Positions 9,451 to 20,175 are shown, numbered from the stretch's first letter. The stretch is 64,000 nt of DNA from Nitrosarchaeum sp. (GCA_965223865.1 OZ245020.1:1856001-1920000), one strand, 5' to 3'. Translations and numbers: made by a program. The notes: generated by a model not told the origin, from the letters alone.

Positions 9451-9606
9451 AAAATTTAACACATTATTTTTTAAAAAGCAAAAACAATCGGCATCACATT
9501 GACTGCAATGAAATGTTGAATGGATGTTTGCTTTTTGTTTTATTCATTTAACATTTTCTATGCATTGTGGAATCAGATCTTATAAATCTCAAAATCAATC
9601 AATGTC

Positions 9607-9777
9607 ATGAATCAAAATCTTTCTTTTAGAAGGGAAAAACTCTACTGTAAGTACTGCAAAGGGACACCCACTATTGACATTCCAGATAATGTAGATCTCA
9701 CATCTCCATCAAGTGTCGAGTTTGTAGAAAATGTGAGATGTACCATCTGCAAGAATATTGGTTATGTAAGACGGTAA
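9607..9777 (+). CDS. 56-aa Zn-ribbon microprotein
   Basis: CKYC...CTIC; TTATAAA box upstream. Confidence 0.65.
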   Translation: MNQNLSFRREKLYCKYCKGTPTIDIPDNVDLTSPSSVEFVENVRCTICKNIGYVRR

Positions 9778-10285
9778 ACTCTTTTCACACATTATGATAT
9801 GTTGTTATGTCTTGACAGTCAGCAATATTTCATATTGGACCAACAAAATAAGATAATTTTACAGACAAGCATTCAAAGACATCACATGTACGGTAAAGAT
9901 AAAGCATTACGGTCGTTCCAATTATCGCATCCAAAGTAACAAGACTAGCAATGCTGTAATCAGTTGTTTTGAGTAATGGCTTAGTTCGGTGCTCATTTGA
10001 TGCTATTACTGTGACAAATCAGAGATTTTAGTTTGCTTTTTATTTTCTTTAAAAAAATACCAATTTTTATCTGAAAAATAAATGAATGTTAACTAGCTGG
10101 AAAAATCAATTTTTATTTTATGAAATCATACAAATTATCGATAGCAATTGATTGAATAGAAACATCAACTCGATGAAAAAGAGCTGGTGGGTGACGAATC
10201 AAAGGATTCCAAGCCTGGTTTTCAAGATATTGCTATCAAGCTTATTTTACAATGAGTGTATCCGGAAAATTTTTGAAGACGTCAA

Positions 10286-10633
10286 TTACAGTAACTTTAA
10301 TGCTTCATCAATTATTTTTGTATGATCAGCTTTGACATCAGTCGTTAGGTAGATCAGGTGTTCTGTTCCCATAGGAATTGTAATACGCTTAACCTTGGCA
10401 TATTCTGCCAAGACGTATTTGCCTTCCCCAATCTTGTCTGAAAGCTCATTACGTGCATTCCAAGAATTTATTGCTTGTTGAAGTGATTTTTTGCTTTCTT
10501 CTGGAGTCAGAACGTTTGTTACACCTTCACTATGTCCAGTGTGTTCAATTTTTCCATCTTTGTTTGCAATTGTAGCAAATCGAATCTGAGGATCAATGGC
10601 CAAGATTTTGTCATACAATGCCTTGTAGTCCAT
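10286..10633 (-). CDS. Thaumarchaeal roadblock/profilin-like small protein (DUF6659-like)
   Basis: ILAIDPQIRFATI...IGEGKYVLAEYAKVKRITIP pattern; paralog at 17105-17470. Confidence 0.75.
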   Translation of the reverse strand: MDYKALYDKILAIDPQIRFATIANKDGKIEHTGHSEGVTNVLTPEESKKSLQQAINSWNARNELSDKIGEGKYVLAEYAKVKRITIPMGTEHLIYLTTDVKADHTKIIDEALKLL

Positions 10634-10715
10634 AATAGATAATGTACGTTATTTGATGAAAAGTTTTCTTTCCAGATGATTGATCAGAAAATCATGAATA
10701 GTGACAAAATAACCA

Positions 10716-10970
10716 TTATGCAGGGACGGATAATTTTTTCATGTAATCGTAATGGGTTCTCAAAAAATCCATGATCTTTCTGTCTTCTTTTTTGTCAATT
10801 GGAGCTCCGTTTGCAAGAATGCTAAGATACCTCAAGTTAGATTCTAGTTGATGAAGCGATTTCTTAATTCCCTCATCATAGTTTAACCTCAAAAATTCTA
10901 TAATATTATCTTCTGTCTGCAAAATATCCTTTTCCAACTTTTTGATGTCTTGACGAACATCAGCTTGCAT
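10716..10970 (-). CDS. Hypothetical protein
   Basis: 84-aa ORF with normal composition. Confidence 0.75.
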   Translation of the reverse strand: MQADVRQDIKKLEKDILQTEDNIIEFLRLNYDEGIKKSLHQLESNLRYLSILANGAPIDKKEDRKIMDFLRTHYDYMKKLSVPA

Positions 10971-11183
10971 CAGAATCTTATCAACAAAATAAAAAATAAC
11001 TTTGATTCTCGAATTTCTTTATCATTGTAAAGATTATTGAAAAAAAGTAAACAAATTTTGGAACCAAATCAGACACAAGTTATAATACTGCATATTCTTA
11101 GTTGAGACAGTCAAAACCAGGACTGCATTACAAACTATACAATTTGTAGAATTTCTTATATTAGATAAAACTGGATGCACCTC

Positions 11184-11333
11184 ATGGGGGACAGGTGCCA
11201 GAACTGCAACAAAAAGATGGACTATCAGTGGCTCACGCACTGTTCTGATGAGTGCCTCTTAGATGCCATAAAGGACAGCAAGTCAATAAGCAACACTCCC
11301 ATAGAGGACTGGGACTCTAATCCTTGGGTATAG
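11184..11333 (+). CDS. 49-aa Cys-rich (CxxC...CSxEC) microprotein
   Basis: MGDRCQNCNKKMDYQWLTHCSDECLLDAIKDSKSISNTPIEDWDSNPWV. Confidence 0.65.
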   Translation: MGDRCQNCNKKMDYQWLTHCSDECLLDAIKDSKSISNTPIEDWDSNPWV

Positions 11334-11440
11334 GACCAAGTGTTCAAATCCACAATATAGCATGACTTGTAGTGGTTCGTGAAAAGATATTTCAAGAATC
11401 ATTTTTCGCACCCTTCGTCTAGATCCTGTTGAGACATAAC

Positions 11441-11539
11441 TCAGATCTTTCTGCATATGTCACATACTGCCTCAAACGTATCCTCATCTAATGCAACGGA
11501 TACTCCTGATGAATAACATCTGCGACAAAGTCCTATCAT
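11441..11539 (-). CDS. 32-aa Zn-ribbon microprotein
   Basis: MIGLCRRCYSSGVSVALDEDTFEAVCDICRKI; same layout as the adjacent ORF. Confidence 0.65.
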   Translation of the reverse strand: MIGLCRRCYSSGVSVALDEDTFEAVCDICRKI

Positions 11540-11548
11540 GCCTGGTAG

Positions 11549-11665
11549 TTACCTCCTGCATTTTTCGCACAGAGGAATTGTAGTCACGCCTATCTCATTT
11601 AATAACACTTCAGTGAGAAACGTCTCTACTTGTCCAACTTTACATTTATGGCATGTGCCTATCAT
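11549..11665 (-). CDS. 38-aa Zn-ribbon microprotein
   Basis: MIGTCHKCKVGQVETFLTEVLLNEIGVTTIPLCEKCRR. Confidence 0.65.
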   Translation of the reverse strand: MIGTCHKCKVGQVETFLTEVLLNEIGVTTIPLCEKCRR

Positions 11666-11830
11666 GAAAATACCGACTAGTCTTAGATAATTTCAACCAA
11701 GCGATTTAATTTTGATTCGATCAGAGTCAATTTTTGCTCATTTAGCCGTTTACAGTAATATCATCATGTTGGCAGATTTGATTATAGATTGACAGATTGT
11801 TATCTTACAACGATTGACAGATGCAAGTCG

Positions 11831-11983
11831 TCACTTGAATTTTTTTAGACCTTCAGATAGTACTTGGTTTATCACGTTAGAAAAACTGACAGAGCCTTCG
11901 GATTTTTTCAGTTGTTGTGCCTGAATGCCTCTAAGCTTTGCAGCAATTTCGTCATCAAGCATTATTGTTATTCTTTTTGACAT
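11831..11983 (-). CDS. Ribbon-helix-helix (CopG-like) DNA-binding protein, 50 aa
   Basis: MSKRITIMLDDEIAAKLRGIQ...SFSNVINQVLSEGLKK; classic RHH pattern. Confidence 0.8.
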   Translation of the reverse strand: MSKRITIMLDDEIAAKLRGIQAQQLKKSEGSVSFSNVINQVLSEGLKKFK

Positions 11984-12356
11984 GAGTATCATGCCAGAAT
12001 TCAAAACTTTGTTTCATAGCATCTATAACGTCGTTATTAGCAAACAGTATTTTGGATTGTGAAGATCCTTTCTCTTTTTTTGTAGTTACAGTCATAAGTC
12101 TTAAAAGGGATTTAAAAAATTAAAGGTTGTTTTGTTTTTGATTTACAGTTATTCAAATTATTGTAAAAAAGAAGACAAATTTTCAAAAAGGTTAGTAACT
12201 TGTCCATTTAACTTGATAAAGAATTACAATCAGAGATTTATAGGTAATAGATCTAACTGAGGAACCTAAATCTAACATTAAAACCACAATACATAATATT
12301 TGCATTTTTTGCTCTGTTAAAAAATATGTTATTAATGAAAAGGACCCAAGTAATGT

Positions 12357-13286
12357 GTGGAAGAATATCTTGAAGAGGTTTTCAATAAATGTTCACAAGA
12401 TACATGTAACAAGGGTCCGCTAGTTACAGATACAGAATCAGGTGAAGTGATGTGTGCAGCCTGCGGAATAGTACTAGAAGAAAAGATTGAAGAAAGAGGT
12501 TACGAAAATAGCATATTTACAAAAGGAGATAATATCTCAAACAGCAGAGTTGGTCCAAGACTGAAGCTGTCATTATATGATATGGGCTTGTCAACAATAA
12601 TCCATTCACGAAATGCTGACTCATCAGGTAAACGACTATCAGGTAAGATTAGAGAGGAATTTTATCGTTTGAGAAAATGGGATATGTATTCCAAATCAAA
12701 ACGAAACAAAAAGTATACTGAGCCTTTTATAATGCTTGATGCAATAAGAGCCAAGCTTAACCTGTCAGAATCAGTAGTAGAAAAAGCTGCACAGATGTAT
12801 AGAAAAGCTGTATCTCACAATCTCACAAACGGTAGAAGCAAGCCAGTACTTATTTCAGCTGCCATTTATGCTGCATGCAGGTCCACCAATACTCCAAGGA
12901 CTCTAAAAGACGTTGCAGATGCTGCCAATGTGAAAAGAAAAAATCTTCAGAAAACATACAGAATTTTAGCTAATGGTTTAGAACTGACTTTGGATACTTA
13001 TGATCCAATCGATTTTATCACAAGACTCGCATCCTCTGTTGGAGTGAAAGAAAAGACTAGACTGGATGCAATAGAGTTGCTTCTAAGAGCAAGAGAAATG
13101 GAGATCACTTCTGGAAAAAATCCCATAGGAGTGGCATCTGCTGCTTTGTACTTGTCATGTGTTTATAACAGAGAAAATATCACTCAAATGCAAATTGCAG
13201 AAGCTGCTGGAGTAACCAATGTTACTGTAAGGGCTAGATACCACGATCTACTAAAGGAGGTAAAAGATAATACCATTTTGTTTTAA
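12357..13286 (+). CDS. tfb: Transcription initiation factor IIB (TFB)
   Basis: Zn ribbon (C..C, ESGEVMCAACG), DMGLST, two cyclin folds (GRS...SAAIYAACR, SGKNPIGVASAALY). Confidence 0.95.
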   Translation: MEEYLEEVFNKCSQDTCNKGPLVTDTESGEVMCAACGIVLEEKIEERGYENSIFTKGDNISNSRVGPRLKLSLYDMGLSTIIHSRNADSSGKRLSGKIREEFYRLRKWDMYSKSKRNKKYTEPFIMLDAIRAKLNLSESVVEKAAQMYRKAVSHNLTNGRSKPVLISAAIYAACRSTNTPRTLKDVADAANVKRKNLQKTYRILANGLELTLDTYDPIDFITRLASSVGVKEKTRLDAIELLLRAREMEITSGKNPIGVASAALYLSCVYNRENITQMQIAEAAGVTNVTVRARYHDLLKEVKDNTILF

Positions 13287-13526
13287 ATATTTTTGAGATT
13301 AAAAGAAATTATATAAACACATTTTCAGGTATCAAATCAAGTAGTTTTTATTTTTGAGATTGCTGATATACAAAACAAGCGACTTGAGTTATTACAAGCA
13401 AAAACCATGTATTGATTGTAAGAGAATAAAATGCGAGATAAACTGTAACTGTGATTGTCATTATAATTTTAGAAATGGATAATAATACCAGTTTTCACAA
13501 TAAAATAGATTCAATAGTCTTATGTA

Positions 13527-13712
13527 TTGATTGAAATTTGTAAAATGTTGTTTGATACTGATAATTTCAATTTGTGTCCTTTGTGTTTAAGTGATGGGCA
13601 TTCCATTAAATTGGAATTAACGGAATCCATGTTGTTAGTATGCAAGAGATGTTCTCATGCATTTGAAGTAAAACAAAATGAAAATAGAATGCTTTCTAGT
13701 ACCATGAATTAA
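13527..13712 (+). CDS. Small Zn-ribbon protein
   Basis: CPLC...CKRC. Confidence 0.45.
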   Translation: MIEICKMLFDTDNFNLCPLCLSDGHSIKLELTESMLLVCKRCSHAFEVKQNENRMLSSTMN

Positions 13713-14241
13713 TTTTCAAAGAAGCAAGCATTAACTATATTTTTAATCTGACAGCTTTATTTTGGCATATTTGCTATGTTAGTATTGCAATAATGGAAAC
13801 AATTGCTTCTTTAGGTTCAACATTTAGGAACAAATGTCAAAAAATTGAATTAGATTTACATTTCTGGGTGATCTAAAGAAAATCTGTATAAATCAAATAT
13901 TTTAAAAATTATTGCAAATAGATAATATTGGTCAAAATTTATTTAATTTTTATTGTGTTTACATCAAAAATATACGGATTTCTCAGTTTACTTATTGCAC
14001 AATATAATGAGTGATTATGAGGTTTTGATGATAATTGAGAAAGGCATTTGTACTAATCAACTGTGATTTGGGAAAAGAAGCAGATAAGATGTCTTCTCAT
14101 CATGAGGTATTTTGGATAAAATAATATTTTAGTAGATTTGCAGGATTTGTTAATAGATTTTAAGATATATTTGAAAAAACCAAATAAATATTAGTGAAAA
14201 TAATCTAATCTTTAATTTTTAATTTGACGTAGTTATGTCAT

Positions 14242-14453
14242 ATGATTGAAGATTTCAATACTCAGATCATGGAACAAGAGACATCAGCTACAAATTATGT
14301 AGTGGTTTTTTCTGACCAAACAGAAAATTATTGTATAGGAATGGTAGATATGGTAAATTCTACAAAAATGGCAGCTGAATTGGGAGGCCCAAAAATGTCC
14401 ATCTATTATCAAATTTTTCTAAATTTCATGTCTAAGATTTTGAGTCATTTTGG
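14242..14453 (+). pseudogene. N-terminal fragment of class III adenylate/guanylate cyclase
   Basis: YCIGMVDMVNSTK...YYQIFLNFMSKILSHFG; breaks off before the second metal-binding (GD) motif. Confidence 0.7.
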
Positions 14454-15899
14454 GAACAAAATACTGGAGCCTATCAAACATTCAAAAACAGAGAGGACAG
14501 ATGGACAAAACTTGGGAATTTCTTGGAATTTTAGATAAATCAACAATCTCGTGCTGTATGGTTATAGTTCCAATAACAACGGATGTGAAACAGGCCATAC
14601 TTGCAGCATCAAACATTTCAGGACAGTCATCCAAAAACCCATACAACAATCCAATCCGCTCCTTTGAGGTTTGGTGGGACAAATCACAAAAACAACTGCA
14701 GATAGTACTGTGTTCGCATACAAGAGAAGATCTAGAAAAATTCAAGATGTCATTTAATGTAATGTATCCCAATACATCATTTGTAAATTTGAATAGAATA
14801 ACACCAAAGTGGTATCATCCTACCAAGATACAATACCAAACATTTGATGTTTCTACATATCATGGCCATTATTCTACTGCTCTTGATAAAACAAATTCTC
14901 ATCATATCATAACTAGAATTGCAAATACGATACAACTATCTGACAAAGCCTGGATACAGTTTGTATTTGCACCATACAACTTTACACCATATCTCAAGTT
15001 ACATCTAAGCAGACTAAATCAAAAGATCAAGACAGTAACTACTAAAAAATACAGAACATGGATTGAAGAACTACAAAACAAAAAACCATATGAGAATCCT
15101 GAAAACGGTTTGGACTTTTACAATCATTACAAGGAATTGCAATCGAACACATCACAAAAGATGCAAGACTCTCACGTCATGATGAGCATAAGAGGATTGG
15201 TACAATCAGAAAACAACAACAATTTACCAGAATCAATCTCATCATTTGAAGATATAAAATCAAACCATGATCATCTTACCACATACAACTATAACTATTC
15301 TAAATTTTACAACATCAAATCAAATAGAGCTGGTTGTCCAATCAGGATAAACAACACAAAGAAGAGATTTCAGAGAATCTCCATATTTGAATTAAGATTG
15401 CTGCCATCTCCTAGAAAATATCTAGAAAGAGCAATCAAGGACTATTTTGAGCAGTCCATAATTTTTGGAGAGTACAAAACAAGAAAACCTCTTCCATTTT
15501 TGATTTTAAATCCATCAGAATTATCATTATTCATTCACCTACCAAATCCTACCATCACTAAAAATCTTCAAATCACAAGAAATGTATCACTACCATCAAA
15601 ACAGACTAGTAAAATTGGTCTCAATATTGGATATTTCAACAAGATTGAGGCTAAAAATCAGGAAATTTACGGTGATTTGGTCAAATCAACTGATAATGAC
15701 TGTGCAGTAATCTCTCCTGAAGATTTCTCTAGACACATCTATTGTGTTGGAGGATCCAGAACATGCCATATACAACATGAAGAAATGGTCCAAGATGGGA
15801 TTTGACATGTGTCATGTGTGGTCTACTAGCAAGAAACTACAAGAGATTTATGACAAACAGATTGATGATACTGAAAATGTCAAGGTGTTTGTTGTTTAA
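14450..15899 (+). pseudogene. Remnant of VirD4/TraG(HerA)-like coupling ATPase, cut at Walker A
   Basis: Ends with EDFSRHIYCVGGS where GxGK(S/T) is expected; a separate protein-like tail (DPEHAIYNMKKW...KVFVV) follows in another frame at 15753-15899. Confidence 0.6.
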
Positions 15900-15921
15900 C
15901 ATTGTGTTTACAAAGTTATGT

Positions 15922-16221
15922 TTACAGTTCAAGATCTTTTAATGGGTTTACAAACGGTTCTTCTGGTTCTTTTTTCTCTTCGTTTGTAATTGGTTTCTTA
16001 CTTGTATTGTCTTGATGTGATATTACTCTATTGATTTCAGCTTTTGTAAACTGTGGATCATGTTTTTTCATTACAATGACAGAATCATCAATAAGTTCAA
16101 CTAACAAGTAGCTGTTATGATCAAGATTCATCTTTTTGACTATTTCAGCTGGAATCCCAAAGCATAATGTGTTGTTTCCTTCCATCCAGACATTTTTGAC
16201 ATATCGTAGTGTTTCACCCAT
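15922..16221 (-). CDS. AbrB/SpoVT-like DNA-binding protein
   Basis: GNNTLCFGIPAEIVKKMNL...YLLVELIDDSVIVMKK swapped-hairpin pattern. Confidence 0.7.
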   Translation of the reverse strand: MGETLRYVKNVWMEGNNTLCFGIPAEIVKKMNLDHNSYLLVELIDDSVIVMKKHDPQFTKAEINRVISHQDNTSKKPITNEEKKEPEEPFVNPLKDLEL

Positions 16222-16466
16222 AAAATATTCTAATAAAATCTGATTTAACCAGGATCAGGAAGTTCCTGACCGTCAGTCAATTACTGACCATCAGTAAACT
16301 CAGGATCCATTTTCAGAATAATTTATTTAACAAAAGGGCCTATCTAGGCACGAATTTGGCCCAAAATTATGATTCTTTGGTTCAGTGGTGTGGTTCACAG
16401 AAAAGTTCGCAATTATACTATAACCTAATTTCTAATCCTTTTTTTCTTTTATTGTTGTTATTTCTG

Positions 16467-16863
16467 TCATTTCGTATCTGTATTATTTCTAAAGTTTGTA
16501 GAGAATTCCTTCAAAAACTTGTTGTATGATTCCATCATCGATAATCTCATGTTAAGATATCCCTTAAAGAATTCATTTGACATATCAATTTGAAATGTGT
16601 AAAATTTTGAGTATGATTCCAGATAATTATCCAATACACTGATGGAGTTTTCATCCATACCAAAATTCCCAAACATCTTGTTTTCTATAGTATAACCAAT
16701 GTCATAGATTTCCTCTAATAATTTCATGTATTCTCTGGAATAATCAGAAAATGATTTGATGTAGGGGCATTTGGGATTCTAATCTCTTTATCATCTTCAA
16801 GGTGTGTTTTTCCATGGTTTCAGATACTGAAAGTGATGATGATTGTGGTCTTGTTTCAGACAA
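16467..16863 (-). pseudogene. Frameshifted thaumarchaeal hypothetical protein
   Basis: TTG 16863 reads ...KMIKRLESQMP, then continues in another frame (YIKSFSDYSREYMKLLEE...) at a C4 run near 16765. Confidence 0.6.
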
Positions 16864-16894
16864 TACATTAGAATTGAATTTTAGGTATTTTAAT

Positions 16895-17101
16895 CTAGAT
16901 TCTAGATTTTTCTGTTTTTTTCCTGTACTGGTTACCTTTTGGTTTACTTCTTAACATGTATCCACAACATGGACACCACAATCCTTCCCATTTTATGTAA
17001 ATTGAACATATGGTACATCTTTTGGCACCTTTCTTGTACCAGGAATCATCTTGTTTTCCTTTGGTGATTTTATACCTGTGACATGTACCTTGGCAGACCA
17101 T
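16895..17101 (-). CDS. Small Cys-rich Zn-binding protein
   Basis: CxGxC...KRCTIC...WCPCCGYMLRSKP. Confidence 0.8.
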   Translation of the reverse strand: MVCQGTCHRYKITKGKQDDSWYKKGAKRCTICSIYIKWEGLWCPCCGYMLRSKPKGNQYRKKTEKSRI

Positions 17102-17104
17102 GAT

Positions 17105-17470
17105 CTAGTTATCAGAAATATTATTGATCAAATCCAGTATTTCATTAATGATTTTCTGGTGATCATTTTTCATTTCGGTGTGAACCATCAAAAGATAGTT
17201 GTCATTTATGGGAAACGACATTCTTTTCATCTTTTCGTATTCACCCATGGAATATCTGTTCTTTCCGATTCTGTATTCGATGTTTTTTCTTGTATCCCAT
17301 CTTTGTACGGCATAAAAGTGGACCATCTTCAATTCGTCTTCTGTAAGTATAGGAGTCATTCCTTTTCTGTATCCTCCACATATCTTCTCGCCATTTTTGG
17401 CCATAATTATGGCATACTGGATTGACTCGTCTATGTTCATTATTTTTTCATAAAATTTCTCAAAGTCCAT
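17105..17470 (-). CDS. DUF6659-like roadblock/profilin-fold protein
   Basis: Paralog of 10286-10633. Confidence 0.75.
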   Translation of the reverse strand: MDFEKFYEKIMNIDESIQYAIIMAKNGEKICGGYRKGMTPILTEDELKMVHFYAVQRWDTRKNIEYRIGKNRYSMGEYEKMKRMSFPINDNYLLMVHTEMKNDHQKIINEILDLINNISDN

Positions 17471-17550
17471 AGGAAAGTTTCAATAAAGTTGTTAAAATAA
17501 GATCTTATCAAGATAACTTTTGACAAAATCATAGTGAATTAATTTTTGGA

Positions 17551-17700
17551 TTAAATCCCACCAACATGATCAGTCCAATACTCTGAAGGATTAGTAAATT
17601 TTCTCTTCTTTGGATGAGCCTTAGTGTAGTGTCTATCTAATCTTTCTTGATTGGCAAATTTCATCTTACATTCTTTACAAATATGACTACTAGAATCCAT
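17551..17700 (-). CDS. 49-aa classical C2H2 zinc-finger protein
   Basis: CKECKMKFANQERLDRHYTKAH = C-x2-C-x3-F-x5-L-x2-H-x4-H. Confidence 0.8.
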   Translation of the reverse strand: MDSSSHICKECKMKFANQERLDRHYTKAHPKKRKFTNPSEYWTDHVGGI

Positions 17701-17828
17701 TAGATGGTAACAGTTGTCATAATTTGTTAAAAGTTTGTTCCTAGTTTAAGAAAATTCATGAGAGAATCTGTCAAAGTCCAAATGATTAGCCCTATTGTCT
17801 TATAATCAATAACACAACAACCACCACT

Positions 17829-18344
17829 ATGAAAAAGATCATATTGTACATAGCCTCAAGTCTGGATGGATATATCGCAAGAAAGAACGGAGATATAGAT
17901 TGGCTTCCAGAAAGTGGCACATCTTGATACAATGAATTTTACAAAACCATAGATACAGTGGTTATGGGCAAAACAACATACAATCAGGTACTAACATTTG
18001 GAGAGTACCCTTACAAAGACAAGAAATCTTTTGTATTTACTAGAAAAAACAACGACAAAACAAAAGAAGATGAAAACGTAGAGTTTGTATCTGATGTTGA
18101 TAAATTTGTAAAATATATTCTTCCTGATTTGGATGGAAACATTTGGTTAGTTGGAGGTGGGAAAATCATCTCGTCTTTTGTTAATCATGGAATAGTAAAT
18201 GAAATAATACTATCTATTATCCCAGTAGTTCTTGGAAATGGAATACCATTGTTCAAGAACATACAAAAAGAAACAAATCTTGAATTAGTAAAAACCATAT
18301 CATATGATAAACTAGTTGAATTACACTACAGAGTCTTAAGATAA
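17829..18344 (+). pseudogene. DHFR/RibD C-terminal family protein with premature stop
   Basis: MKKIILYIASSLDGYIA...DWL, in-frame TGA at 17925-17927, then VVMGKTTY, IWLVGGG and PVVLGNGIPLF. Confidence 0.88.
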
Positions 18345-18564
18345 CAAAAAAACTATTGTTAGTTTGATTTTCTCAGGAGAAATCCCCACTCTCTGTCAAG
18401 AGGAAAATGTCATAATATGACTTCCAATAATATGAATCACGCAGTAAATTATTCTGAAGAAGGAGAATATGATTTGACTAATTCAGTAATGAGTGATACC
18501 GTAAAAAAGTAGAATTCTTTATGAATTTATTTGATTGATGGTTAGATACACAAGGGAAAATAAA

Positions 18565-18696
18565 ATGACTAATAATAGATACGAAAAACTAATCAGATTT
18601 GCAAATGAAGAAATCCTGGAGAAAGGCAATCTAGATGTCATTGACGAGGCCTTTGATACCAGTTACATTTTGCATGCAGTACGGTCAACGCTGTAA
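18565..18696 (+). pseudogene. SnoaL/ester-cyclase-like N-terminal remnant
   Basis: RFANEEILEKGNLDVIDEAFDTSYILH, then ends after 43 aa. Confidence 0.5.
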
Positions 18697-18790
18697 GTTT
18701 TGAATCAAATTTTGTTGGTTGTTCTTGAGTTTTTATCATAAGCGAGAATCATAATCCTTACTTAAATTAAAAAAATTTGGTAAAGGAACA

Positions 18791-19216
18791 ATGGCTGGTT
18801 CAATTAACAAAATACTGGTTCCTATGGATGGTTCAAGAAATTCCTACAGAGGTCTAGATCAAGCAATCCGTTTGGCAGATTCAGTTAATGCCTCAATAAC
18901 TGGATTGTATGTAACACCCTCAAGCATTCCAAGTGCCTCTCCAATGACTGCAGGCATTCGAGATAACATCAAAAAAGAGGCAGACTCCATCATGGAGAGC
19001 GCAAGAAGAAAGGCAGTTAGTCAAGGAGTAGAGTTTCAAGAAAGAATAACTAGCGGCAATGTGGGTTCTGCAATATCTACATATGCAGACCATAACAAGT
19101 TTGATGTAGTTGTTATAGGAAGCAGAGGTCTATCAGGAGTAAAACAATCACTACTTGGCAGCGTAGCAAACCACGTAGTTCATGCCGCAAAAGCATCGGT
19201 ACTGGTTGTAAAATAA
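18791..19216 (+). CDS. Universal stress protein (UspA family)
   Basis: KILVPMDGS...VVIGSRGLSG...LLGSVANHVVH. Confidence 0.95.
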   Translation: MAGSINKILVPMDGSRNSYRGLDQAIRLADSVNASITGLYVTPSSIPSASPMTAGIRDNIKKEADSIMESARRKAVSQGVEFQERITSGNVGSAISTYADHNKFDVVVIGSRGLSGVKQSLLGSVANHVVHAAKASVLVVK

Positions 19217-19309
19217 AAAATCCAGTATTCCTTTTTTTGATTATATTATTTCAGAATATTAAAAGGACAAATGTATGCTATTTTCCCACATCATCATCAT
19301 GTTTTTTGC

Positions 19310-20170
19310 TTATTTGTCCAGGTAAATTGCCTTTAGCACATCTGTCTTGCTTACAACTCCACCAAGTTTACCATTGATGTTTACGCCCAACCCGTTGATG
19401 TTGTTTTCAATCATGATTTTGCATGCCTGGGCCAAATCCTCTTCAAAGTCAATGCTAATGACATTCCTGCTCATTACATCTTTTGCCTGAATGGTCTTTC
19501 CAAAGCCAGAGTCAGAGAGAAATCCCTTTCTTGTAAAGAATACAGAAATTGCAGGATCAGAGTTATCTAGTACGCTGTCAGAGTTTCCCTGCTCTAATGC
19601 GACATTAAATAAATCTCGAAATGTCAGTATGCCCTCAAGATCATTACTGCTGTTGTTTTTCAGAAATAATCTTGAAATTTTTTCATCAACCATCTTTGAT
19701 ACTATATCCTTGAGATGGTCTTCTGAGTTCATTGAAACATAGGATATTGTCATGACATCACCAACACTGTGTTGGCCTTTGTAATTTTGGATATAATGGG
19801 CAACAAGATCAGTCTTTGTAATTATCCCCTCCAGTCTCTTGCGGTTTGAAACAACTCCCAATGAACCAATTTTCTTATCAAGCATCATCTCAACACAACT
19901 CTCTATATTCATCGAATCGTGCACAGACATGAGATTATTCATAATTTGGGAAACTGGAATGTCATCAAGGTTCTTTTCAGTATCATCGTTTAACAAAAAC
20001 AACCCGATGTTTTTTTCTGTGATTATCCCAACAGGAGAATCCTCTTCTTCTGTAATTACCAGTCTGCTGATGTTATTCTTTGAAAGCTCAGAAATCACAT
20101 GAGACAACGAAGAGTTTTTGTCAGTTGTTATTGGTTCTTTTGAAATGGAATGCAAGTACGACATTATCAC
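19310..20170 (-). CDS. Tandem CBS-domain protein
   Basis: Repeated CBS motifs (GIITEKN, GIITKTDL, GILTFRDL, GVVSKTDV). Confidence 0.92.
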   Translation of the reverse strand: MIMSYLHSISKEPITTDKNSSLSHVISELSKNNISRLVITEEEDSPVGIITEKNIGLFLLNDDTEKNLDDIPVSQIMNNLMSVHDSMNIESCVEMMLDKKIGSLGVVSNRKRLEGIITKTDLVAHYIQNYKGQHSVGDVMTISYVSMNSEDHLKDIVSKMVDEKISRLFLKNNSSNDLEGILTFRDLFNVALEQGNSDSVLDNSDPAISVFFTRKGFLSDSGFGKTIQAKDVMSRNVISIDFEEDLAQACKIMIENNINGLGVNINGKLGGVVSKTDVLKAIYLDK

Positions 20171-20175
20171 TCACG

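Noticed and set aside
13290-14240. Long AT-rich stretch as origin or ncRNA
   Set aside because: No repeats or stable structure seen; looks like eroded intergenic DNA
17925-17927. In-frame TGA in the DHFR-like gene as selenocysteine or readthrough
   Set aside because: The position fits a Gly codon (GGA to TGA), not a catalytic Cys, and it lies among many other lesions; a simple nonsense mutation is more likely
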